From Mesotaenium endlicherianum (Eukaryota), in NCBI GenBank assembly GCA_009602735.1, contig WELA01003352.1, positions 95,933 through 159,601 on the forward strand: 63,669 nt of DNA, given 5' to 3'. Under the pieces are notes generated by a model. It was not told the origin of the DNA, made no database searches, and saw nothing but the letters and a program-made list of their open reading frames with translations. A program made the position numbers and the translations under genes. Shown piece after piece: positions 44,946-56,517 of the stretch (position 1 is the first letter of the stretch; every line of letters starts with the position of its first letter).

Positions 44946-46588
44946 GTATGTGTATGATGTGTTCATACTCTCCATTTCAAAGAATCTCAGAAGTGTACCT
45001 TTGCAATTGTAATCTCCTTACTCTGGCCCCTATTCTCCCTTTCTCATCCATGACAAGCTTGCCTTTTGGTAAATGCGTACATAAGTTGCCAACTTAGATG
45101 TTGCTGGGGAGGGGGTCTCGCAGGCCGGCATGTGGAGCAGCAGGTTTGCCAGGTGGATGGCGAGGGGCGGCAACACGTGCACCTGGCGAGCGTGGCGCCC
45201 CCATCTCTGATGCTGAAGTGTTTTGCAAGTAAAGGGGGAAAAGGGTGGGTGGAGGAAGGGGCGCAGGCGTGGGAGGGCAGCACAAAGCTGCAGCAGTAGG
45301 TGTGCTCTGCGATGATGCCTCCGGCCTAAGAAAAGCACGGCAGGAAAGGCCCCACATGCATCAGTGGGTTCGAAATGCGGCCGGTCGAGTCTTTGAGCAT
45401 CCACTGGTCGTACTGGGCCACTGCGTGCTTCATTGTTTTTCAGTTTGGACCCACCAAGGCAGGTGTAGGTGGACCGTAGTTTCCGTAAGGTATGAACTAT
45501 ATGTCAGCTCGGACAGAATGTAGGAAGAAGTGGACGTCAAAGTTGAAATGTAGTTTCTTGTCTTTGACCCTGTCCAGGCATTGCAGGTAGTCTGCGACTA
45601 TGTAAACGGCTGTGATTGAGCCAATTTGCAAGTGACAAAGAAGGCATGCGCAAGAGCAATTTCTCTATTGTCACTCCAGAACTGGGTGGCCTTTCCATTG
45701 TTTTGTTATTGATAGTCTGCACACAAGTTTTTGATATGTTGGGATCAAGCTTAAAGTCAAGCAACTGTCAAAGAGATGGATGCCAAGCTGCGAAAGATGC
45801 ATGCATAGGTCGATCAATGCTCCATTTGAATCTTTTTGCGAGCTAAGAAAAAATCAAGCAGATGTTGGAAGCACGTGAACGTACTCTCAGTAACGACATG
45901 GATGCATCCAGTATATATAATGAACCCATGTATTTTCCGAGTTCTTTCATTGAAACTCTTGATTCAAAGGTAGATGCATGGGTACCAACATGATGGTGCA
46001 CAAACAGCTCTGATGAAAGCCGTGCACATCCCAAAACTGATAAAGCTGGAAAGTACGCGTACATTTGCTTCAACAGGTCTACTTTTCCCCGCATCTAGCC
46101 CTAAGTCATCAGCTAAAGCTCACCAGCTAGTGTTTCTAAACCCTAGCTAATATCAAAATTGAGACTCACTGTGGGGAAAGCCCAATTCCCTGTGGTGGTA
46201 ATTTACATGTTTTGTACTTGTGAAGCGACTAAGTTCTACAATATACATAAACGCCCTCCGTAAGGTGAATGCCAGCAGCAGTGGCCTGCAGGTAAGTGTG
46301 GCTCCTACAACTAGAGCTTGTAACTTGTTGTGCAATAAGTTGGTGAGGCCTCCTTGCTGCCATTCACAGATGCTGACAATGACCGTCAGGCAGGAGTGGC
46401 CACAAACGACGAGGAATGGCGCACCTTCCTGGGGGAGGGGCGTCCTCCTTGGACAGCGCTAGCTTGCTCCTCCTAGGATCCTTCCAGCCTGCTTCAGGTG
46501 TGTATGTGTGTGTGCCTGTATGTCTTCATAGTGTGTGCGAACAACGATGGGCTTTTTGGGGGGGGGGTAGTTTGGTCTCTGTCTACAT

Positions 46589-48345
46589 CTACGTGTCAGG
46601 GTGTTCCCTATGTACACTGCAAGCACAGGCTTGCACATCCTGCAGGCTGCGCTTCCTCCCCTTCCCCGCCAACCCCCTGGCCCCTGCTGGTTTGCTTTTC
46701 TCAGTAACAGCGAGAGGTTTCAACAACTGAAGCTTTGCAGCCTTCTTTGCCGCCTTCTTTGCCGCCTTCTTTGCAGCCTTACGCTTGGCTCTTTGTTCTT
46801 TCAAAATCTGACCCCTGAGCTCCAGCAGGGCGCAACAAGCAATGTGCTCGTCCGCAAGCAGTTCTGACGCGTGCTCGCCATTGTGCTTGCTGCCGAGGAC
46901 GTCGTTGCATACCTCATGCGACGTTGCAACGCCGCTGCTAGCCTTCTCATGCGACGCATGCGTGTCATTGCCATTGCCTCTCTTCTCATGCCCTTGCTGG
47001 ATGGCGCTGCTTGTCTTCTCGTGCGACACTTCAAGGACGTCGCCTCTCTTCTCGTGCACCATTTCGATGCCGCTGCTTGCCTTCTCAGACGATAGCTCGA
47101 CGTTGATGCCGCCGGTGCCTCTCTTCTCACGCAACGGTCGGATGTCGTCGCCTCTCTCCTCCTCCAGCGGGTCAAAGTCCATACACCTCTCGTCCTGCGA
47201 CCAGTGGATGACGCCGCCTTCCTTCTCATGCGACAGTTCGGTGGCGTTGCCCTTCTCATGCGACCGTTGGATATTGTGGTTGTCGCACACTATCTCATGC
47301 GGCCGTTCGATGACGTTGCATCTCTCACTTGCCATCTTCTCTGTATCCCCCACATGTCCTGGTTGTGGAGGAAGTTCCTCCACGAGCTCTTCTGACATGT
47401 GCTCGTCAGCAGGTTCAACTTCAATGCCGTTGCATCTCTTCTTGTAAGCTGGCTCGTCAGCAGGTTCGACTTCAATGCCGTTGCATCTCTTCTTGTAAGC
47501 TGGCTCGTCTCCATTCACTACTCCTGGCGGTGGTGGGGGCTCCTCCACGACCCCTTTCGCACAGTGCTTCTCCTCCTCGCCCCTGCCCTCAACGCCATTG
47601 CACCCGTTGTGCGACTGATGGTTTACGCTCCCAGCATCTCCTACAACGTGCTCGCCTCGCGTGTCGTCGCTTCCCTCAGGAGCCAGTCTGTCCGCATCCC
47701 CTGTACCCGCTGCATCCCCCGCGTCTCCCGGACCTGCTGGTGGGTCTGCGGCGACGGGCAGCTGCTGGAGGATGGGCACCCCGTTGTGCTCCATGGGCCG
47801 CTGGGAGCGCCCGTTGGAGCGGGGATGGCAGTGGTCGCCGCTGTAAATCACGCCTTCCATCTTGGTCACCACTCTTCTCCACGCGGCGTCCCCTGGCCCC
47901 GGCTCAGTCCCAAACTCGATGCATATCCTGGCAGGGCACTCCTCCCCTCCTGCGCCCTTCTCCTGGCAGTTGTAGAAGACCCTGCCGCCGCCGCGCAACC
48001 ACGTTCACATGGGAGGAGAGGAGATGAGGAGCACGCCCAGAGGAGGGAGTCAGGGACCCCGCTCGTGATCAAAGAGCTAAGACACGAGCAAGTGCAGCCA
48101 CAGTGCGGCCCCAAGGTGGAGATTCGGCTGCTTTTGCCGATGCAACGCTATGGGTATATTCTTGCAAGAGTACGCAAGCTCACGCTGTGGCAACCTTGTC
48201 TGCGTAAGAACAAGACGTGCGAGGGCCTCACCTTTCGATGAAAGTGTGGACGATTGGCTTCCGCCCTATCTGCTTCCATCGGAAGCCACTGGCCAAGTAG
48301 TCGCTTCTCTTCAGGTGTCTTGCGTTCCAGTTGATGCGCTCTCGC
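46589..48345 (-). CDS. Divergent WRKY-like zinc-finger protein A; 5' exons unresolved (in or beyond the gap). Exons 48345-48232, 47981-46589
   Basis: Spliced: DYLASGFRWKQIGRKPIVHTFIER|VFYNCQEKGAGGEECPARICIEF...VIYSGDHCH. A phase-2 intron splits the Arg five residues before the first Cys, as in the WRKY PR intron. Confidence 0.8.
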
Positions 48346-48685
48346 CTGCATGAGCACAGGACAGGAGCACATGCAATCGATGCAGGAAGAAAGCAGCTCT
48401 CTGGCGCTTAGTGGGGGCTGGCTTCTGCAGGAGCAGATGAAACAGCCATGCTCTACTTGTCGCCGCAACTGTCCTACAGTGGTAGCCAGGAGACGTGAGA
48501 GACAGCTGAATGCTCGGTCGACAGGTACACACAAATGCGGAGCAGCACACACCAGAGCAGTGCCTTAAGATATATATCTAGATATTTACATGTATGTAAG
48601 TACATAAGTGTATATATACATCAGTATGTTAATCTATTCGCATATCTGCATATACAAATATATATCAGATGTATATACATGTACG

Positions 48686-49554
48686 TATATATATATATAT
48701 ATATATATATATANNNNNNNNNNNNNNNNNNNNNNNNNNNNNNNNNNNNNNNNNNNNNNNNNNNNNNNNNNNNNNNNNNNNNNNNNNNNNNNNNNNNNNN
48801 NNNNNNNNNNNNNNNNNNNNNNNNNNNNNNNNNNNNNNNNNNNNNNNNNNNNNNNNNNNNNNNNNNNNNNNNNNNNNNNNNNNNNNNNNNNNNNNNNNNN
48901 NNNNNNNNNNNNNNNNNNNNNNNNNNNNNNNNNNNNNNNNNNNNNNNNNNNNNNNNNNNNNNNNNNNNNNNNNNNNNNNNNNNNNNNNNNNNNNNNNNNN
49001 NNNNNNNNNNNNNNNNNNNNNNNNNNNNNNNNNNNNNNNNNNNNNNNNNNNNNNNNNNNNNNNNNNNNNNNNNNNNNNNNNNNNNNNNNNNNNNNNNNNN
49101 NNNNNNNNNNNNNNNNNNNNNNNNNNNNNNNNNNNNNNNNNNNNNNNNNNNNNNNNNNNNNNNNNNNNNNNNNNNNNNNNNNNNNNNNNNNNNNNNNNNN
49201 NNNNNNNNNNNNNNNNNNNNNNNNNNNNNNNNNNNNNNNNNNNNNNNNNNNNNNNNNNNNNNNNNNNNNNNNNNNNNNNNNNNNNNNNNNNNNNNNNNNN
49301 NNNNNNNNNNNNNNNNNNNNNNNNNNNNNNNNNNNNNNNNNNNNNNNNNNNNNNNNNNNNNNNNNNNNNNNNNNNNNNNNNNNNNNNNNNNNNNNNNNNN
49401 NNNNNNNNNNNNNNNNNNNNNNNNNNNNNNNNNNNNNNNNNNNNNNNNNNNNNNNNNNNNNNNNNNNNNNNNNNNNNNNNNNNNNNNNNNNNNNNNNNNN
49501 NNNNNNNNNNNNNNNNNNNNNNNNNNNNNNNNNNNNNNNNNNNNNNNNNNNNNN
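48686..49554. other. (TA)n microsatellite running into an assembly gap (N run 48714-49554)
   Basis: Direct reading. Confidence 0.98.
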
Positions 49555-52500
49555 GGGGGGAAGAAAGGAGAGCATGCCAAGCGAGGATGCAGGTTGAGAA
49601 GAAGAACGAAACTGAGGAATGCGCGTGCTCGACAAAGAGTGCAAGAGAAGGACGCCAAAGGTGAGGAGTTGCTCCCAGGCGTAGAAGCAAGACATGACGG
49701 GGAAGAGAGGGCGCGTGTGAACAGGACCTAAGTAACTGGCTCACGGTAGAGTGCCCGATTCAAAGAGACAACGCAAGGGAGATGCTCGAGGGAGAGGAGT
49801 GGGCGAGCGCGCAAAACGGACCTGTAAAAGAGTGGCAGCCCGCACCAGTAGCACAAGGCAGGCCGCAGCAGAGAGGCCGTGGAAGAATCGCAGAGAGTAA
49901 ATCAGACACGCACACGGCCGAGAGGAAGAGCAGCCTGCTGCAAATCTTGAGCTCCCGAAAGATGCGTTGACCGAATGAGTAACCTGCGCACGCCACATAG
50001 AAAACGACAATAAGACAGGTGGCAGTCAGGTAAGAGGCGGAGGAGAGCATGTACTGCGCCCATTATTCACCTCTCCCCATTGCCCCCCTTTCCCTCCCCG
50101 CTCCAACTCTTCTCCACTAACCTGCAGAAGACTTTGAAGCTTCCAGAGGTAACAGGAGGACGGAGTAAAGAACAGTGACTGGGTCGGAGAGAGGAAAAGG
50201 TGAGCTTATTCCTCCTTTGTTTCCAGCCCTGGTTGAGTTAGCATAGATATAACAATGACACTTAGTGGAGAGCAAGCAACCCAGGGAGAACAGGCCTGCT
50301 CCCTCTTGGGGGTAGCCAAGCTGATGGACGGGCCAGGCGAATGCTGCTGGAGGGGCCTGCTCCCAAGAGGGAGCAGACGGACGCAGGGCCAGCAGACTGA
50401 TGGAGAGACACATAAAGCACCCAGAGCATCACGAGCCCTCTGACTGGCACTCTTGTCACTGGAACGTATCAGAGTAGCTGGGTATGAAGAGATGTGCTAC
50501 TGGGGACAGTCAACGTGTTCTACTTGGGGAAGTACCAATGAAGAGATGTCAACTATTCCGAGACACCCAACCAGACATTAACAAGACACTAAAAGGACCA
50601 CCATCATTAGTTACCTCGCTTTCCAGTAAGATACCCCCAGACTTCTTACTTGCAGCCCTAGTATTACAAGAGGAACCAAAATGTTTGTGTAAGTGTGAGT
50701 CAATGTGTGAGCATGACAGAGGCAGGCAAGAAAGAGATGGTCGACCATATCGATGGCTTCTAGTCGAATCATGCGGAATCTAGAACGTTTACCGTCATAA
50801 GCAGGAAACCGACATTTTCCAACGTTATTTTTTACAAGGGAGGCAGCGTGAAGGCAGAGTGGAAGATGGTGCAGGACGTCCGTTACACCGTTCAATCGCC
50901 GGACTTTTATGTGCAGCAAGCAAAGTAAAGAAGGAAATAAAAGGTAAGGGAGACACTGGTGGTGCCCATTGGGATTCAAATACTTAAAAGTCAGCGCATT
51001 TTTGTTTTTTTCTCTACAAACTGACCTTTACCAGTTGGAGATTCAGCAACTCTTCCCGTCCACCAAATGCTGCAGTCTTGTCGCTCAAGTTGTCTTACGG
51101 AGGGCACAGACAGACTTCAATACACTTATGTATGGCTTCATGACAATGCAGACGTCCGCTGCTGACTTCTACAAGCAGGGGTACAGTTAGCTTGTGTAGA
51201 TTGGTGGGAACGTTGAAACTGTGTAGCCCGATGTTGAGCCTGCTTGAGCCGGTCATGATGATGGCTTCGGCATGGGCAGATAACTCCCTCCCGAAAGGAA
51301 ACAATTTCGTACTACCTTCGGTTACAGTATCATTGGAAATGTGAGACTTTTAGTGTTTTTACATTGTCACAGAATACATATGGAGTTCTGGTACATTTCT
51401 TTTATATATATGACTTCGATGAACATGACGATAGGAAAAACATTTTTTCTGACTTCGAACCCCATCATCGAAACCTGGTCGAAACTGCAAAAAGGAAAAC
51501 TATACTTTCCTCTTGCTTCGGTCTGCCACTCTAATGGGTTCTCATCACATACTGTCCTACACTTGTCTCGCTACAACACTGCTCTGCATGCCAGGAGACT
51601 ACCTGGCATTAGCACGTGGCAAATACCTGCTGGCTGCTGTTAGTGCTCGGGCAGTCAAAACTCGTAGAAGAAAGCCAGTTAAACGTCAGGGATGCATGGT
51701 CTAATATCCGTCACAGTCGACTAGAGTAAACAGAAGTAATAAAACGATCCGTAGATATTTTCGATGCCCAGACGCAAAGTTAAAGCGCGTGTTGCCTCCG
51801 GCCAGGCGACATTTAGACCAATTTAGACAGCTTGAAAGGTCATCCGAGACCTGGACGTCAAAGCGCCTTTATGTAGCCGGTTGATAGTGGATTAAAACGT
51901 CCCCTTTCGAGTTAATCCGCAATACGCATACAGCATAAAGTAGAGACTCGCCGGTATGACTTGCTCTACGTATTTATACCACTATTTATACCACTATATA
52001 CCTTTCTATACCAGTCCATACCCCTATAAATGACCCGACGATTCTGGTTCGCAGTTCGCTTGTTGCCAAGTCGTCATAACGAGGTCATCCTGAGACAGAA
52101 ATACAAAATATAGCACGTTCGAAGCCATGTAAAGAATGCCGTAGAATGCCTTAGAAAAACCGGTTCGGACGTTTTTGCTAGTACTAAAATATGTCCATAC
52201 GTCTGCGATGTAGATGTAAGTATCCGCAAGTCAACGTTGTTGTCACTGTATCGCTGTGTGTCACCACAAGATGAAGATAAAATGTGACAGAGGGAGAAAA
52301 GGGGAAAGTTGTGGAAAAGAGAGGGAGGACTGTGGAGAGGGGGAGAGGGGAAGCTATGTCACACCTGCGATGCTATACTCTGCATTTTAATAGAGTTTTC
52401 GCTCTCTTCAATTTAAATTGGCACCTTGAGGGTATTTTGTCAGCATTGATGTCAGCCAGATGCGCTATGTAAGTTGTCCGTCCGCTTCCCGACCCCCCTT

Positions 52501-53487
52501 CGCCTTCCTCCGCCCTCTCCTTTTCCCTCCCTCTCACTCCACACCTCCCTCCCTTCCTTCCTCCTTTGAGCTCCCCCTCCCTGGCACCTCTCCCATTCCT
52601 CACCACTCAAGCAGCAAGCTGCAGAAGTGCACCCCACCCCAGAAAGATGAGAAACGAAATAAAAGGAGCAAGGAACTCTCGGTACTCCCAAATGCTTGTA
52701 TCTTAGCTCATGTAAAGCCTCTTTGAGCTCTAAGGTCCAATCCTACCACTTACTGGAGCAGCACTCGCAACAATCATTGCATGGGGTTTGAAAGTCTGCC
52801 GAGATGTAGGGGGCTTCTCCATCTACCCCTGTGTACTCGGTTATCTTCTTGGCACAAAGTAGACGCCGCTTTTGTGGCTAGCAGTGAGATCCGCTGGCTA
52901 TGGAGGGAGGATATACTCCCACTCTATATACTCTTCTCCAACCTGCTCCCTTTCCCTCCCCGCCTCGTGCCGCCCCTGCCCCCTTGCCGAGGGTGGAGAT
53001 TTGACTGCTGCTAGGCACACCTAGCTTGTGATCACACTGGGGAGGTGCGGCCCTACTTACAGAGTACATATTTGGAGGATACGTAAAACGAATGCGTATT
53101 GCGAAAATATGTGTAAAAAATGGAAATACGTGTGTAAAACGTTTTTCCAAGATTCTCGAAAAAATGGTGGGGCTTATAACTTTCGATCGCTTCGAAACTT
53201 TGAGCGCCATTGGTCGCAAATGGTAACAAACTCAGTCCGCTATGATATGGAGATGGTAGAAGTAAAGAATCCATTGTTCACATTTTCAAACCGCCAAAGA
53301 TTTGTTTTTACCTTGTCGGGACGCGTATTTTGAGTATTTTGAAAATACGTCAAAATATGTGGTGTAATACGTTGCTCACGGACCAATACGCGTGTGCTTC
53401 TATGTTGGGCTTGAGAAAATTTGTTTCAAACTAGAATAGGAGATGAGAGGGAGAGTTGGAACGTTGCCTGATTGAGAGCGGGCACTC

Positions 53488-54378
53488 CTATTCTAGTATG
53501 TCGCAATTAACTACGTAGGTGGCCAGGCCCACTTGGTTGTGGACGGTCATTAGGAAGGCTGCCCACTCATTTGCGGGAACTCCTTGTGGTGGGGTTAACT
53601 TTGCTATAGCGGCTGCCACGGGATTTGACGGTGCTCCTCCTTGTGGTGCTTCTTGTTGTTGGAGATTTCCTTGAGTAGGCTCTCCCATCGACGCTGGAGG
53701 AGGGTGTGCTCCTCCTTGTGGTGCTTCTTGTTGTTGCAGATTTTCTTGAGTGGGCTCTCCCATCGGCGCTGGAGGAGGGTGTCTTGGAGAGGAAGGGCTT
53801 CCTTCAAAAGCTTGCTGTTGGTCTTGAGGATCGGCCATCTTCTTGTGCTACCAAAGTGCCTAGCTCCGATACCACTGTAGTGAAACAGATAGATAAAGTA
53901 CTTAGTAAAACAGAATACTTTATCTATTCAAGACAAGGATCTTTGAACACAAGTGGTAGCTTCTTGAAAGAGAGATGGCTTCTTGAAAGTTAATATATTT
54001 CTGGATTTTGGCAAGTACAAGAGTGATTCTGGAATGTCTTTCTATGTTCTAGCTCTTGTTTATATACTTGCTACATAAGTAATTTCTAGGAAAGTGTATG
54101 TTGATGTGTTGGCACCCAACACATCCCAAAACTTGCCACCTCTTTCTAGAATAATGTACACATGTCCTTTTGACCTAAAAATGGCACATTTGACTTTTGC
54201 CACATGGAGTTCTTCTAGGTCTTTCCTCTAACTTCGAAAATGCCTTGGAAGGTTCAAAGGACATGAACCAAGTTACTAGAGTACCTATTCACACTTGACT
54301 CCACACAATACTACTCCAAATATATTTGAAAACATTAAAGTATATGCAAACTAATATATAATAACTCAAATCACTACA
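53488..54378 (-). mobile_element. Truncated LTR retrotransposon: 5' LTR (54378-53876), tRNA-iMet PBS (53874-53863) and the start of a gag-position ORF (53838-53488)
   Basis: Minus strand: 503-bp segment bounded by TGTAGTGA...TCACTACA with an internal TATATAAA (54066-54059), then 1 nt and TGGTATCGGAGC (canonical PBS is TGGTATCAGAGC). A Pro/Gln-rich ORF with a 72-bp internal duplication follows. Confidence 0.8.
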
Positions 54379-55485
54379 GTGTCAGACCAAAGTGTCAGGT
54401 AATGTAGTGAGAAGCAAATTCACAAGGGAATACCCTTGACAAACACTTTTTCCTGTACTTCAAACGTCCAACCAAAACTTTCACTCGGAGAGCCAAAAAA
54501 CACTGTCACGTGGGAACCGACTAAAAGTATGTGTGAAAAATTGTATGACATTTTAACAAAATCATGAATGCTTGTAGTAACCACTTTGTCAAAACATCTT
54601 CACTGGAGAGTTATATAAAATCCGACAAAGTTGCTACATGCAACAGAGTACTCTAAACACCTTACATATTTCGTGCGTCTACATAAAAGTAGCGTGATGA
54701 GAGGTCTGTGATTAAAGAGAGAAAATAATATTAAAACCCCTAATGCTAGGTACCTCAAACCCTCTTGGAAACTTCCTAAGTGCATATATGTGCAGCTTTG
54801 GAAACGGAAGAGCCATGACGACTTCAAACATTGGGACGCCGCTTGAGGCTTAGAGAATTATGGGAAGACGGAAGTAGGTAGCGAGGATTGTGTGCCTTGA
54901 AGCAAATTAAAGTAGTTAAGAGGCTTACGATTGTGAGTGAAAACACATTTTTCTCGTCCAACTTTAGAATCTTACAAAGAAGGGGTTGCAACAACAAAAA
55001 TATGGAGGGAGTCATGGAAACTTTATCCTGCACCTGACTCGGGCACCTAACTTGGCATGATGGCGTTTGTTACAAGATTTTTCAACGTTGAGAGAAAAAA
55101 CCACTCTGTCACATTACTGTTTGTGTGAACTGACTTCCCACGGGGTAATTGACAGGAAGTACCCACTACATGCGCGAGGGCTAGTTTTGAGTAAATGAAC
55201 AATTGAGGGCTAATTGAGCTCAGAATCGCGTCTTTTAGGACCAATTCCATATTTGACCCAAACTTGAAGTGCTAGATTTGTAGTAAACAAAACTTTGTGC
55301 TACTTTTGTAATTTGCCCCCGTCTTTGCAGCCATAGCCTCGCCCTGTGACTTGGACTGAGTTGGACTTCAGGCCCATGAAAATGTTTTCATGGTTTCTCA
55401 CCCTCAGGTGTGACAACTTTCCGATATGTTGATAAACCAGGAGACATTTACATTAATTTTAAAAGGAGATTGTAGAAGGTGGGTA

Positions 55486-56517
55486 CAGCATGGTGTGCTA
55501 ACTGTCACAACGTTTCCAAAATATTGATTGTTTTCGCAAACTTTGCAAGTACGTCGCCGAAATTCCCGCCTCACCGATTTGTAGCGCAGTGGTCAATTCT
55601 GACGCACTGCGTGGTATACGCAGTGCAGTATACGCAGCAGTGCGGTATATGCAGTGCGGTATACGCAGCGCGGTATACGCAGCAGTGCGGTATACGCAGC
55701 GCGGTATACGCAGCAGTGCGGTATACGCAGCAGTGCGGTATACACGCAGCAGTGCGGTATACGCAGCAGTGCGGTATACACGCAGCAGTGCGGTATACAC
55801 GCAGCAGTGCGGTATACACGCAGCAGTGCGGTATACACGCAGCAGTGCGGTATACACGCAGCAGTGCGGTATACACGCAGCAGTGCGGTATACACGCAGC
55901 AGTGCGGTATACACGCAGCAGTGCGGTATACACGCAGCAGTGCGGTATACACGCAGCAGTGCGGTATACACGCAGCAGTGCGGTATACACGCAGCAGTGC
56001 GGTATACACGCAGCAGTGCGGTATACACGCAGCAGTGCGGTATACACGCAGCAGTGCGGTATACACGCAGCAGTGCGGTATACACGCAGCAGTGCGGTAT
56101 ACACGCAGCAGTGCGGTATACACGCAGCAGTGCGGTATACACGCAGCAGTGCGGTATACGCAGCAGTGCGGTATACACGCAGCAGTGCGGTATACACGCA
56201 GCAGTGCGGTATACGCAGTGCGGTCTATAAATGCGGACAACTGAGGTTTGGCTCAACAACCTCGACAGAAGCGCCAATAGTTGTATTATATTGACAATTA
56301 TCACGTCATATGTGGTCGGATATATCACAGCGATGGCCATGGAATGGATTTTTGGTGCAATGTCGTTAGACCTTTTGAAATAAGTCACCACAATTCGTCA
56401 ATATCGAATTTCTTCGCACAAACGCAAGAATTATTGAAAAAAATCGCCAACCAAAAATACTTTGATTCTTTTCGCCAAAAGGCCCCTTCAGATGAAAAGA
56501 GTTAGCACCCCATGGGG
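55486..56517. mobile_element. Putative non-autonomous TIR DNA element (Tc1/mariner-like TA target) containing the minisatellite
   Basis: Left end TA|CAGCATGGTGTGCTAACT and right end AGTTAGCACCCCATGGGG|TA form an 18-bp inverted repeat with 15/18 matches; TA lies on both sides. Confidence 0.5.
55603..56224. repeat. Minisatellite, 19-bp unit CGCAGCAGTGCGGTATACA (about 35 units including 17- and 14-bp variants)
   Basis: About 20 consecutive perfect 19-mers at 55762-56141, with shorter variants at both edges. Confidence 0.97.

Noticed and set aside
46136..46146. TAAACCCTAG telomere-like motif
   Set aside because: Single copy, not an array
19689..49744. Long ORFs containing X runs (around 19.7-20.9, 42.5-43.9 and 48.5-49.7 kb)
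   Set aside because: Artefacts of translating through N gaps
49555..51320. Candidate upstream exons of WRKY-like gene A
   Set aside because: Several AG/GT-bounded segments exist but none could be chosen by homology, and the adjacent gap prevents phase checking
53060..53364. Possible TA-flanked MITE (ACATATTT-like inverted ends)
   Set aside because: The inverted match is short and gapped; not supportable without copy-number data
55603..56224. CRISPR array, or coding ORFs in all six frames
   Set aside because: Units are directly adjacent with no unique spacers, no cas genes are present and the context is eukaryotic. The ORFs arise only because the 19-mer lacks stop codons.
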